From Candidatus Marinacidobacterales bacterium (lineage in GTDB: Bacteria; Acidobacteriota; Vicinamibacteria; Marinacidobacterales; DATDRI01), in NCBI GenBank assembly GCA_965226495.1, contig OZ245365.1, positions 5,408,001-5,472,000 of the forward strand: 64,000 bases of DNA. The letters run 5' to 3'. Below, piece by piece: positions 10,288 to 19,841 of this stretch (position 1 is the first letter of the stretch; each line of letters opens with the position of its first letter). A program made the translations under genes and the position numbers. A model generated the notes under the pieces. That model saw only the letters and a program-made list of their open reading frames with translations. It did no database searches and was not told the origin of the DNA.

Positions 10288-10469
10288 AGCCCTGCATTAA
10301 ATAGACTTGTTGTCCGCGCCGGCGGTTGGCGAGGCGTCGGTGCCAGACGCCGGGTGCGAGCAAGAGAGCCTACCTGAGGCGGAAGAACTCCGGCCTCGGT
10401 CAGCGCCGCTAGTTTGGAGAGAAGCCTTCGGAGCTAATACCGTTCCAGCTCGATTCGTTTAGAACGTGA

Positions 10470-11201
10470 CTAGGTCAGTTGGACCAGCACTAGTGGACCG
10501 CCATCGGTACCTGATCGACGTCCTCGGAAGCGACGCCGATCTGCGCCTGCTTCCTCTCCTTGAGCTCTTGGATTAGGGCTCTTGTTTTTGCCGGATCCGA
10601 CAGGTTGTCCTCGATGGCCTTCAGCACCTCGATGTCGTTGCGCCTGCTTCCTCTCCTTGAGCTCTTGGATTAGGGCTCTTGTTTTTGCCGGATCCGACAG
10701 GTTGTCCTCGATGGCCTTCAGCACCTCGATGTCGTTGCTGCCCTGATTCTTGAGAGCTTGTAACATCTTGTTGAAGTAGCCCGGAAGGTCCTCGAGAAAG
10801 TCGCGGTCGCGGAAACGAATGTCGAAGTTGACATCGCCTGCGCTGACGCGGTCGAGGCTCAGTTTCACCCGATACAACGGTCCTGCAATCTGGTTGCTCA
10901 AATATACGCCGATGATCCCCACCAGAATCATCCCGAAGAGCAGGATGAAACCGATGGCGACTGAGAACAACACCGGAGCGCTCAAGAGCGGCACCATTCC
11001 GCTGCGCGGAACCAAGTGATAGAACTGCAGAATGTGTCCCTCGTAGAAATAGTAGAGGATGATCGAGAAGAAGAGGGAGTTGGCAGCCCAGATGGCCAAA
11101 AGGAGCCCGATCAAACGGAACTGGAACGCTTTGTCTACAATGAGTCGGCGTCGTCGATTCCCTCGCCCTCCCTTAGGGCTCGGCTCGGCTTGACTGGTCA
11201 T
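10470..11201 (-). CDS. Two-TM HAMP-domain membrane protein; C-terminus frameshifted by a tandem duplication
   Basis: RRRRLIVDKAFQFR, two TM helices, SNQIAGPLYR...FRDRD HAMP; ATG 11201 with GGAGG; the single-copy allele would stop at 10490. Confidence 0.8.
   Translation of the reverse strand: MTSQAEPSPKGGRGNRRRRLIVDKAFQFRLIGLLLAIWAANSLFFSIILYYFYEGHILQFYHLVPRSGMVPLLSAPVLFSVAIGFILLFGMILVGIIGVYLSNQIAGPLYRVKLSLDRVSAGDVNFDIRFRDRDFLEDLPGYFNKMLQALKNQGSNDIEVLKAIEDNLSDPAKTRALIQELKERKQAQRHRGAEGHRGQPVGSGKNKSPNPRAQGEEAGADRRRFRGRRSGTDGGPLVLVQLT
10542..10738. repeat. Perfect 97-bp tandem duplication
   Basis: 10542-10638 is identical to 10639-10735, with TGC microhomology at the junctions. Confidence 0.95.
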
Positions 11202-11445
11202 AGGAACCTCCACGTATGCCTGCAATCGTGTTGGACTGCGGGCGAACAAAACGACCACCCGCGAGCAGCTTAATTGCGGTTCCGCAAGCTCGGATTAAGA
11301 AATACTAGAATCTGTAAATGAGAGAGATAACACAATTAGTGTATCACGGGTGGTGGGGAGCGGCAAGAGGCCTAGGGACGGACGGACACGGCCAAGCTTC
11401 GACGGTCGCCACCAATTAAGCCTTTACCTGTAGCGGCTTAGAGGC

Positions 11446-12084
11446 TCAGCCCAACGAGCGTCCGGGCATATAAAAGCGGGTCCCGCCGCCGAGGGACTCC
11501 ATCTCGTGGATCAAATCGTCGAGCCCCGTACTGGGATGGGAGAAGTCTACATCGGCGGCGTTGACGACCAAAAGGGGGGTCGCTGAGTAGTGGAAGAAAA
11601 AATAATCGTAAGCCTTCACTAACTCACGGAGGTAGGTCTCGCCTGGGCCGGCGTCGGCTCGGCGGGTTTTCGACTTCAGCCGCTTGATGAGAACCTCGGC
11701 CGGTGCCTGAAGGTAAATCACCAACTCGGGTGGTGGAACTTCCCCCTCCAACACGCGGTAGATTTTTTCGTAGAGCATCAGCTCCGTGTCATCGAGATTG
11801 AGATACGCGAAGACCTTGTCCTTAGCAAAGATGAAGTCGCAAGCGGTCACCTGACGAAAGAGCTCGCGTTGAGCCAATTCGGAGAGTTGGCGGTAGCGGC
11901 TAAGGAGGAAGAACATCTGAGTTTGGAAAGCCGCTCCCGGTTTCTCGTGATAGAAATCGCGCAGAAAAGGGTTCTCGGAGGACTCCAGAACGACGGAGGC
12001 TTCCAGGTGAGCCGCCAGGCGTTCGACGAGGGCAGTCTTCCCAACCCCCGGAGGCCCCTCTACCGAAATGTAGCGTAGGTTCAT
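11446..12084 (-). CDS. Deoxynucleoside kinase (dAK/dGK family)
   Basis: YISVEGPPGVGKT, ENPFL..FY, FQTQMFFL..R; start overlaps the folK stop. Confidence 0.93.
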   Translation of the reverse strand: MNLRYISVEGPPGVGKTALVERLAAHLEASVVLESSENPFLRDFYHEKPGAAFQTQMFFLLSRYRQLSELAQRELFRQVTACDFIFAKDKVFAYLNLDDTELMLYEKIYRVLEGEVPPPELVIYLQAPAEVLIKRLKSKTRRADAGPGETYLRELVKAYDYFFFHYSATPLLVVNAADVDFSHPSTGLDDLIHEMESLGGGTRFYMPGRSLG

Positions 12085-12608
12085 CGCAAGCTCACCGTAC
12101 GAAGAATCGGGGGTGGAGCAACCCGCACCACGGATGCCGTGTCGAGAGACTGACGGAGCAGCTCCTTGGCGGACAGGCCCAAGGTGGGGTGAACCCAATC
12201 CGGAGCGATCTCCGCAAGGGGAACCAGGACGAATCTCCTGAGGTGCAGTCGCGGGTGTGGTAGGGTGAGCTCGGGAGTCGCGACCGCTTCCTCCCCCACC
12301 ATCAGGAGGTCTAGGTCGATCGGACGCGGATCGTGATGGCCGCTACGGGTCCTTTGCCGACCTTGACGCGTTTCGATCTCTTGACAGATGGAAAGCAAGT
12401 CCCGTGGTTCAAATGGGCTAGTCACTCTGGCAACCGCATTCGTGAACCAGGGCTGGGACAGAGCCTCCACGGGCTCGGTGTGGTAAAGGCTCGAGACCTT
12501 GTCTACCGCGATCGACCTCTCCCCCAGCTGCTGCAATGCCAAAGAGACTTGCGCAGCAGGGTCGTCGAGGTTCGAGCCCAGACCTATGAATCCTTCCTGG
12601 GAGGACAC
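12081..12608 (-). CDS. folK: 2-amino-4-hydroxy-6-hydroxymethyldihydropteridine diphosphokinase
   Basis: IGLGSNL, PRPIDLDLL, LPHPRLHLRRFVLVPL. Confidence 0.96.
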   Translation of the reverse strand: MSSQEGFIGLGSNLDDPAAQVSLALQQLGERSIAVDKVSSLYHTEPVEALSQPWFTNAVARVTSPFEPRDLLSICQEIETRQGRQRTRSGHHDPRPIDLDLLMVGEEAVATPELTLPHPRLHLRRFVLVPLAEIAPDWVHPTLGLSAKELLRQSLDTASVVRVAPPPILRTVSLR

Positions 12609-12842
12609 GCGAGATTATAGGCATGGCGGCGGCGGGGATCAATGCGAGCCGATCTTTTGACAGCAATAGGAGCGGCCAACTAACATTCCACTGGCTCTGG
12701 CTAGGGCCGTCTGGCGCGTGGGATAGTGGTAACTCCGCCTGGTGACGGCTCGGGTTACGTGGTGTAATGACGGCCTTCAAGCTCGGTACCTTCGATACTG
12801 AGGCCGAACACGGACCACTACGTTCCATCGAGGTGCACTGCC

Positions 12843-14636
12843 ATGAAATTCGAAACTCTGAACGAGCTCTTCTTTGTAGCTATGGAGACTCACCGGAAGC
12901 CCGACGTGATTCGATACAAGTCGGAGGGCGTTTGGCGCTCGGTGTCCTGGACCGAAATGCTGGAACGGGTTCGCGACTTGGCCCTAGGATTTCATGAGCT
13001 CGGCGTGAAACAAGGCGACCGAGTCGTGCTCCTCTCGGAAAACCGACTCGAGTGGTTCCTCATCGACAAAGCACTTCACGTCCTCGGAGCGGCCAGCGTC
13101 CCTATCTACTCGAGCCTCCCCGCCCCGCAAGTGTCTTACATCGTGCGCGACTCCGAGTCGAAGGTCGTGATCACCTCTTCACCCCAGCAGCAAGCGAAAG
13201 TGGCCGAGACCCGCGGCGAGTTGACCGACGTGGAACACGTGATTCGCATCGACCCTCCGGGTGACAGCGAGCTGGATAGCTTGGCGCTTGACGAGGTCTT
13301 CCTCCGGGGAGCGGAGAAGGCAGCCAAAGAGCCCGAGCTCCATCGTCGGTTGGCCGCGAAGGTAACCCCGCAAGACCTGGCCAGCATCATCTACACATCT
13401 GGTACGACGGGCGACCCAAAGGGCGTCATGCTGACGCACGACAACTTCGTTTCAAATGTAAAGGCATCCTTGGAGGTCTTGCCCATTACCAAGGACGATG
13501 TGGCACTATCCGCTCTTCCCTATAGTCACGTCTTCGAAAGAATGGTCGCCCACTATCTCTATCCGTGCGCGGGTACCACCATCGCGATAGCCGAAAGCGT
13601 CGACAAGGTCGTGGATAACTTGGCGGAGATCCGACCCACCGTGATGACCTTCGTCCCTCGCTTTTACGAAAAGATGTACGCCCGTGTGCTGGAGGCGGTG
13701 TCCCAGGGGAGTCCTCTGAAACGAAAGATTTTCTGGTGGGCGGTCTCGGTGGGTCGGGAGCATGGCCGCTACCGCTTGAGAGGCAATAGGCCGCCCTTTC
13801 TCTTGGATCTCAAGTACAAGATCGCAACCGCCTTGGCTTTCAAAAAACTACAGCAGCGGGTTGGGGGTCGTTTAAGGTTCTTCATTTCCGGCGGCGCGCC
13901 ACTGTCCAAGGAGATCGCAGAATTCTTCTGGGCAGCGGGCATCACGATTCTGGAAGGGTACGGCCTTAGCGAGACGTCCCCCGTCATTGCCGTGAACCGG
14001 CCCGGTGCCATCCGATTCGGCACTGTCGGTCCAATCGCCCCGGGGGTTGAGGTCAAGATCGCCGAGGATCAAGAGATCCTGGCCCGCGGGCCCAACATCA
14101 TGAAGGGCTATTACAAGAACGAGGCGGCTACACGGGAAGCCATCGACCCCGACGGCTGGTTTCACACCGGAGACGTTGGCCACCTAGATGCGGATGGTTT
14201 TCTCGTTATCACCGACCGCAAGAAAGATCTCATCGTCACTGCGGGAGGGAAAAAGATCGCGCCACAGCCGATCGAGAACCTGCTGAAGACCAACCCTTAC
14301 GTCGAAGAGATCGTGCTCATCGGCAACGCCCGCCGCTTCACGGCCGCTCTCGTCGTGCCTGATTTCGAACATCTCCATAAATGGACACTCGAACAAGGAA
14401 TCAAATCCTTCAATAAACAGGAACTGGTGCGTAACCAAAATTTGATCGACTTCATTCAAAAGCAGATCGATGAAATGAGCTCGCACTTGGCGCAGTTCGA
14501 AAGGATCAAGAAGGTCTGTTTGCTCCCCAAGGCGTTCACTCTCGAAAGCGGAGAGCTTACCCCCACTCTCAAGGTCAAGAGAAAAGTCGTGGAGAGTCGC
14601 TACAAGAGCCAGATCGATCAACTATACTCATCATGA
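12843..14636 (+). CDS. fadD: Long-chain fatty acid-CoA ligase (AMP-binding)
   Basis: IIYTSGTTGDPKG, EGYGLSETSP, GWFHTGD, DRKKD, ELTPTLK. Confidence 0.9.
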   Translation: MKFETLNELFFVAMETHRKPDVIRYKSEGVWRSVSWTEMLERVRDLALGFHELGVKQGDRVVLLSENRLEWFLIDKALHVLGAASVPIYSSLPAPQVSYIVRDSESKVVITSSPQQQAKVAETRGELTDVEHVIRIDPPGDSELDSLALDEVFLRGAEKAAKEPELHRRLAAKVTPQDLASIIYTSGTTGDPKGVMLTHDNFVSNVKASLEVLPITKDDVALSALPYSHVFERMVAHYLYPCAGTTIAIAESVDKVVDNLAEIRPTVMTFVPRFYEKMYARVLEAVSQGSPLKRKIFWWAVSVGREHGRYRLRGNRPPFLLDLKYKIATALAFKKLQQRVGGRLRFFISGGAPLSKEIAEFFWAAGITILEGYGLSETSPVIAVNRPGAIRFGTVGPIAPGVEVKIAEDQEILARGPNIMKGYYKNEAATREAIDPDGWFHTGDVGHLDADGFLVITDRKKDLIVTAGGKKIAPQPIENLLKTNPYVEEIVLIGNARRFTAALVVPDFEHLHKWTLEQGIKSFNKQELVRNQNLIDFIQKQIDEMSSHLAQFERIKKVCLLPKAFTLESGELTPTLKVKRKVVESRYKSQIDQLYSS

Positions 14637-16075
14637 AGCGAGAGTACGAAACGGTCATCGGACTGGAGATCCACGCCCAGCTACAGACCGCGACGAAGCT
14701 TTTTTGCGGCTGCCTCACCAACTTCGGAGATCCTCCCAACACTCACGTATGCCCGGTCTGCCTGGGTCTTCCTGGTGCGCTGCCAGTATTGAACCGCAAG
14801 GCCGTGGACCTGGCGCTCCGGATGGTGCTCGCGGTGGGTTGTCGGGTCAACGAGAAGTCCGTCTTCGCAAGGAAAAATTACTTCTATCCTGACCTACCAA
14901 AGGGCTACCAAATTTCTCAATACGACCTACCCTTGGCGGTCGACGGAAAGCTCAACATCAAGGCCGGTGATCAAGAAAAGACGATCCGAATAACCCGAAT
15001 CCACCTGGAGGAAGACGCGGGAAAACTCCTGCACGAAGGTTTCGAAGATGCCGCGAACCAGAGTGGCGTCGACTACAACCGGAGTGGGGTGCCACTCATC
15101 GAGATCGTGAGCGAGCCCGATATTAGGAGCTCGGAGGAGGCGGTCGCCTATGCACAAAACATCAAAACGATCCTCGAGTATACCGAGGTCTCCGACGCCA
15201 ACATGGAAGAAGGCAATTTGCGTTGTGATGTAAACGTCTCGGTGCGACCGGTCGGCGAGCAACAACTCGGAACCAAAGTTGAGATCAAGAACCTCAATTC
15301 GTTTCGCTTCGTGGCGCGGGCAGTCGAATACGAGCTCGAACGTCAAGTGGAAACACTCGAGGCGGGCGATACCGTGATTCAAGAAACTAGACTCTACGAT
15401 ACCGTCAGCGGCCAAACCCAGCCCATGCGAACGAAGGAACAGGCCCACGATTACCGCTACTTCCCCGAGCCCGATCTGCCTCCTCTACGAGTCGGAAGCG
15501 CCTGGGTAGAACGTGCGCGCACCAATCTACCGGAGCTGCCAGAACCCAAGAAGACCCGATTCATCGAGCAATACGGGATTCCAGCCTATGATGCGGGCGT
15601 TCTTACCACATCTCGAGCGGTGGCAGATTACTTCGAGGCCGCTGCTGCCACGGCGAGGAACGCCAAGGCGGCGAGTAACTGGGTCATGTCGGAATCACTT
15701 CGCAAGATGAACGAGACCGGAGTGGGACTCGACGTCTCGCCGGTGGAACCGGAAGCCCTCGGCGAAATGATAAGACTCATCGACGATGGGACGATTAGCG
15801 GCAAGATCGGCAAGGAGCTCTTCGAAAAGATGTACTCAACCGGGGAGCAGCCCCGCGCGCTCATCGAAAAGGAAGGGTTGACTCAAATCACCGATCACTC
15901 CGCCATCGCAGAGGTAGCCCGTACTGTGCTTGCCGAGAACGTAAAACAGGTCGAGCAGTATCGTGGGGGGAAAACGAAAGTCCTCGGATGGCTGGTGGGA
16001 CAAGTAATGAAGGCCACGCGGGGCAAAGCCAATCCCAATCTCGTGGGCGAGGTTCTCAAAGACCTGTTAAAGTAA
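14633..16075 (+). CDS. gatB: Asp/Glu-tRNA amidotransferase subunit B
   Basis: IGLEIHAQL, RKNYFYPDLPKGYQISQ, HLEEDAGK, DYRYFPEPDL. Confidence 0.99.
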   Translation: MKREYETVIGLEIHAQLQTATKLFCGCLTNFGDPPNTHVCPVCLGLPGALPVLNRKAVDLALRMVLAVGCRVNEKSVFARKNYFYPDLPKGYQISQYDLPLAVDGKLNIKAGDQEKTIRITRIHLEEDAGKLLHEGFEDAANQSGVDYNRSGVPLIEIVSEPDIRSSEEAVAYAQNIKTILEYTEVSDANMEEGNLRCDVNVSVRPVGEQQLGTKVEIKNLNSFRFVARAVEYELERQVETLEAGDTVIQETRLYDTVSGQTQPMRTKEQAHDYRYFPEPDLPPLRVGSAWVERARTNLPELPEPKKTRFIEQYGIPAYDAGVLTTSRAVADYFEAAAATARNAKAASNWVMSESLRKMNETGVGLDVSPVEPEALGEMIRLIDDGTISGKIGKELFEKMYSTGEQPRALIEKEGLTQITDHSAIAEVARTVLAENVKQVEQYRGGKTKVLGWLVGQVMKATRGKANPNLVGEVLKDLLK

Positions 16076-16103
16076 ACTCGGCGCGGGAGCGACGGGAGCG
16101 GCA

Positions 16104-16760
16104 ATGATCCAGACGTACCACGTCTATAAGCAATACAACCGCGAGTCCGCTGCCCTCAGCGACATCACTCTCAAAGTCGACAAGGGCGAGTTCGCTTTCC
16201 TGACCGGCCCCAGCGGTGCAGGCAAGACCACCTTCCTGAAGCTCATCTTCCGAGAAGAGTCACCTACCCAAGGCCAGATTCTCGTGAACGGCCGCAACGT
16301 ATCGGCCATCCCTGAATCCAAGATTCCGTTCTTGCGCCGGAGCATTGGTGTGGTGTTCCAGGACTTCAAGCTGCTAAAAAGGAAAACGGTATTCGAGAAC
16401 GTCGCCTTCGTTTTGAGGGTCATGGGAGTTCCCAAAACCGAAAGAAAGCGGCGCGCCTTCAAAATCCTCAAACAGGTTGGGCTTCATCACAAGATGCACG
16501 CTTTCCCCCTACAACTCTCCGGGGGCGAGCAGCAACGGGTTGCGGTCGCGCGCGCTCTCATCAACGAGCCCGTCCTATTGCTCGCCGACGAGCCCACCGG
16601 CAACCTCGACCCCGAGCTCGCTTACGAGATCATGCAGCTCTTCAGGGAGATCAACAATCGAGGAACGACGGTGCTCGTCGCCACACACGACCGAGAGCTG
16701 ATTACCCGCTTGGGTAAACGAGTCATTCTGCTAGAAGACGGCAGGGTAATGGAGAGCTAA
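16104..16760 (+). CDS. ftsE: Cell division ATP-binding protein FtsE
   Basis: [44 protein letters not shown]. Confidence 0.95.
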   Translation: MIQTYHVYKQYNRESAALSDITLKVDKGEFAFLTGPSGAGKTTFLKLIFREESPTQGQILVNGRNVSAIPESKIPFLRRSIGVVFQDFKLLKRKTVFENVAFVLRVMGVPKTERKRRAFKILKQVGLHHKMHAFPLQLSGGEQQRVAVARALINEPVLLLADEPTGNLDPELAYEIMQLFREINNRGTTVLVATHDRELITRLGKRVILLEDGRVMES

Positions 16761-16772
16761 CCTCGTCCGCGA

Positions 16773-16990
16773 AGCCCTCAGCCCGTGCGGAGCTTCAGCC
16801 GACGCGCAGCGCAGAGCGCGTGGCGGCCCGGCGACCTGGGGTGGGGCCCAACGCGCGCACTAACGGGCCGGAGGCCCGCCGGCCAGGAGGAATTGAGATC
16901 GAGTTGCGGCGCAAGGGAACCTGGCCGTGGTTTTAGGCGCGAGCGAAGAGCGAGCGCCAGGCGTTGGGGGTGGGGCCCCAACGCCACTAA
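16773..16990. repeat. Cluster of REP-like palindromic repeats between convergent ftsE and udk
   Basis: Two GGGGTGGGGCCCCAACGC..ACTAA units plus an 82-bp unit also found inverted at 34337-34418. Confidence 0.8.
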
Positions 16991-17607
16991 TCTAAAAGAT
17001 AAGCCCTGACGCGGGCGACGACCAAATCCAGTGCCACTTGGTTCTCCGCACCCTCCGGAATTATGAGATCCGCGTACCGTTTGGAGGGTTCAACGAATTC
17101 CAGGTGCATCGGGCGGACCGACTCCAGATATTGCTGCGTAACCGTCTCCAAGTCTCGGCCCCGATCCAAGATGTCACGGCGCAGTCTGCGAAGCAGTCTG
17201 ACATCGGCGTCCGTGTCGATATAGAGCTTGATGTCCAGCAGCCGTCTTAGACGTTCCTCGTCCAAAACCAGGATGCCTTCTAGGACCATGATGTGCTTGG
17301 GCTGCACCAGCCCGCCGGTTTCCTTCCTCGCGTGGGCTACGTAGTCATAAGTCAGCTTGGGCACCGGCCTGCCGTTCTTCAACTCTCCGACGTGGTGAAA
17401 AAGCAGGTCGTTGTCGAAGGCCCGTGGATGGTCGTAGTTGATCTTGGTTCGCTCCTCGAGGGATAGCTCCCGGTGGTCGTGATAGTAGGCATCCTGGGAG
17501 ATGAGCACCGTGTTCTCCGAACCGACCGCCTCGATCATTGCCGCGGCGAAGCTGGTCTTGCCGGAGCCGGTTCCACCGGCGATACCGATCAGAACTGACT
17601 TGGCCAT
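16987..17607 (-). CDS. udk: Uridine kinase
   Basis: IGIAGGTGSGKT, QDAYY, INYDHP.AFD, LEGILV, RRLRRD, VRPMHLEFVEPSKRYADLIIP. Confidence 0.97.
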   Translation of the reverse strand: MAKSVLIGIAGGTGSGKTSFAAAMIEAVGSENTVLISQDAYYHDHRELSLEERTKINYDHPRAFDNDLLFHHVGELKNGRPVPKLTYDYVAHARKETGGLVQPKHIMVLEGILVLDEERLRRLLDIKLYIDTDADVRLLRRLRRDILDRGRDLETVTQQYLESVRPMHLEFVEPSKRYADLIIPEGAENQVALDLVVARVRAYLLD

Positions 17608-17690
17608 GACGCTATGAGTCTGCGGTCAAACCAAGGCGGGGTCAAATCGTAAATGGGGAGAGGCGGCCTGGAGTATAATGGACACGCCCG

Positions 17691-18599
17691 ATGCATCTCC
17701 TGCACGCGATCGGCTATTGTTTCGAAGAGGCCTTCGCCGAATTGTGGCGGAACCGTCTGGTCAATCTGGTCTCGATCGGCACGATTGCCGTTTCCCTCGT
17801 CATTCTCGGCATCTTCGCCGGCTTATCCACCAACCTCAACGTCCTTCTGGAGGGTTGGTCCAATCGGGTGCAGGTCACCGCCTATTTGAGGGACGACGTC
17901 CCCGGCGCCGACCGAGAAGAGCTGGAATCCCTTCTCGCGTCTCTAGACGAGGTAGAGTCCTTCGAGTTTGTCTCCAAGGAACAAGCCGTCGAGAGATTCC
18001 GTTCTTATTTCCCCGAGCTCGAGGGTCTCCCCGGCATGCTGGAGTCCAACCCGTTGCCGGCGTCCTTCGAGGTACAGATCGCGGATGGGCATCGTGCTCC
18101 CGAGGATGTGCACCGATTCGCCGATGCACTTAAGGACAGGGCCGGTGTCGAAGGCGTGGACTATGATCTGCTGTGGATCGAACGCTTGACCGCCATTATC
18201 GACCTCATTCGAGTCGTCGGCGTCTTCATCGGCGGGGCGATGGTGGTCGCGGCGATCTTCACCATTTTCAACGTCGTGAAGCTCACCGTCTACGGCCGAC
18301 AGGACGAGATCGGCATCATGCGCCTGGTGGGCGCGACTCACACGTACATTCGGGGACCGTTCTTGGTCGAGGGAATGCTGCAGGGAGGTCTAGGGGGTTC
18401 GTTAGCTCTCGGCCTTCTCTACCTGGCACAGCAATTCTTACTCCGAGAAGTGCTTTCTTCTTCACGTTTGGTGCTCGACGTCAGTTGGCTCACCTTCTTG
18501 TCGCCTCAGGCCTTGGGGATGATCGTTTTAGGAGGGATGATGGTGGGGCTTTTGGGGAGTACGCTGTCCGTTCGCCGGTTCTTGAAGAGCTCCGTTTAG
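17691..18599 (+). CDS. ftsX: Cell division permease FtsX
   Basis: FVSKEQA, NPLPASFEV, EIGIMRLVGAT..YIRGPFLVEG, SVRRFL. Confidence 0.95.
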   Translation: MHLLHAIGYCFEEAFAELWRNRLVNLVSIGTIAVSLVILGIFAGLSTNLNVLLEGWSNRVQVTAYLRDDVPGADREELESLLASLDEVESFEFVSKEQAVERFRSYFPELEGLPGMLESNPLPASFEVQIADGHRAPEDVHRFADALKDRAGVEGVDYDLLWIERLTAIIDLIRVVGVFIGGAMVVAAIFTIFNVVKLTVYGRQDEIGIMRLVGATHTYIRGPFLVEGMLQGGLGGSLALGLLYLAQQFLLREVLSSSRLVLDVSWLTFLSPQALGMIVLGGMMVGLLGSTLSVRRFLKSSV

Positions 18600-18714
18600 T
18601 TCCTGCTGGCCGCCAAATTTGGATGTTGCTTTGACCGGAAGTGCCCAGGCGGTCCTTGAGCCGTTCAGGGCACCCAAACTATGTGGTTGCCGTAAGCGGA
18701 AGTGGTCAGGGGCC

Positions 18715-18844
18715 GGTGCTCGACGCCGGTTGGCTTACTTTCTTGTCGCCCCAGGCCTGGGCGATGATCGTCTTGGGGGGGATGATGGTGGGACTCTTGG
18801 GGAGCACCTTGTCCGTTCGCCGGTTTTTGCGGAGCTCGGTGTGA
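18715..18844 (+). pseudogene. Diverged duplicate of the last 42 codons of ftsX
   Basis: VLDAGWLTFLSPQAWAMIVLGGMMVGLLGSTLSVRRFLRSSV* versus ftsX VLDVSWLTFLSPQALGMIVLGGMMVGLLGSTLSVRRFLKSSV*. Confidence 0.9.
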
Positions 18845-18950
18845 GTCCATGTGGCCGCCGCAAGAGGGTGGGTGGTCAAGGCCCGCTAAAATGCGTGGTT
18901 GCCTTTAACCGGACGTGACCAGGCGGTCCTTAGAGGCCGTTCAGGCGACT

Positions 18951-19712
18951 CTAGAAACGGTAAGTCTTCCCCTGCTGGATGAGTTGAATGCGCCGCGGGT
19001 CTATCGCCCGGAGCTGACGTGCGATCCGACTACGGTGAGACGGCTTCACGTGAGTAATCAAGACGCGGATCCGGCGCTTAAACTTGCGCAAGTCCTCCTT
19101 CAGAAGCTCCGGTGTCATGTGACCGCTCATTTCTGCCCTCTCCCTATCCTCGTTGGGAAATGAGGCTTCCGTGATGATCGCCTTGAGGTTCTTCTTCGTA
19201 TTCGCTACTTCCCAAAGCCGGTCGGTAGGGCCGGTGTCGCTCGTATAGATGATGGAGCTCTTGGCATCTTCGATGAGAAAACCCACCGTAGGAGTGATGT
19301 GATTGACAGCGAGCGGGGTAAAGGTGAGCTTGTCGACTTTGAAAGCCTTATCTTCCTCGATCTCTTGAAATCGAATGGTCGGTGTATGGTTGTCAGGGAG
19401 CCGGCTGAAGTCGGGCCAGAGCACATCGTTGAACATGTGCTTCTTCAGGCTGTCCACGACCGGAGCGGTGCCGTAGACCACAGCCGGCTGCTCGATCTTC
19501 CCGTACACGTTATCGGCAAAGAAAGCCAAAGCGCAATTATGATCGAGGTGCGAGTGGCTAATAATGATATGCCTTACCGCGACCTGCTCCTCGAGCGTCA
19601 GGGTCTGGGTCAGGGCGCCAGCATCGATGGCGATGCTGTCATTCAGCAGGAAGCAGGACAAGTGACGTCCCTTAACGCTTCCACCGAAACAACCTAAGAC
19701 CCTGAGCTTCAT
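18951..19712 (-). CDS. Class II 3',5'-cyclic nucleotide phosphodiesterase (MBL fold)
   Basis: LRVLGCFGG, IDAG, SHSHLDH, FNDVLWPDF, SDTGPT, EASFPN, GHMTP. Confidence 0.88.
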   Translation of the reverse strand: MKLRVLGCFGGSVKGRHLSCFLLNDSIAIDAGALTQTLTLEEQVAVRHIIISHSHLDHNCALAFFADNVYGKIEQPAVVYGTAPVVDSLKKHMFNDVLWPDFSRLPDNHTPTIRFQEIEEDKAFKVDKLTFTPLAVNHITPTVGFLIEDAKSSIIYTSDTGPTDRLWEVANTKKNLKAIITEASFPNEDRERAEMSGHMTPELLKEDLRKFKRRIRVLITHVKPSHRSRIARQLRAIDPRRIQLIQQGKTYRF

Positions 19713-19733
19713 CCCCCCCCACGTGGCATTACG

Positions 19734-19841
19734 CTAGTACCGTTCCAACTTGTTCTGAATGGCACCCTCGTCGACAGTTTGGCGGCTGGCCGAGCCTAGA
19801 GGCGACCTGGCGTTTCGGGCGACTAGTTGAAACGGCACTAG
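19734..19841. mobile_element. MITE-like non-autonomous element
   Basis: Terminal inverted repeats CTAGTACCGTTCCAACT / AGTTGAAACGGCACTAG (15 of 17 pair), CTAG at both ends, no coding capacity. Confidence 0.65.

Noticed and set aside
11205-11345. Long hairpin-containing 5' leader as a riboswitch
   Set aside because: No known aptamer signature could be recognised.
16773-16990. Repeat cluster as a CRISPR array
   Set aside because: Units are degenerate, few and irregularly spaced, and there are no cas genes.
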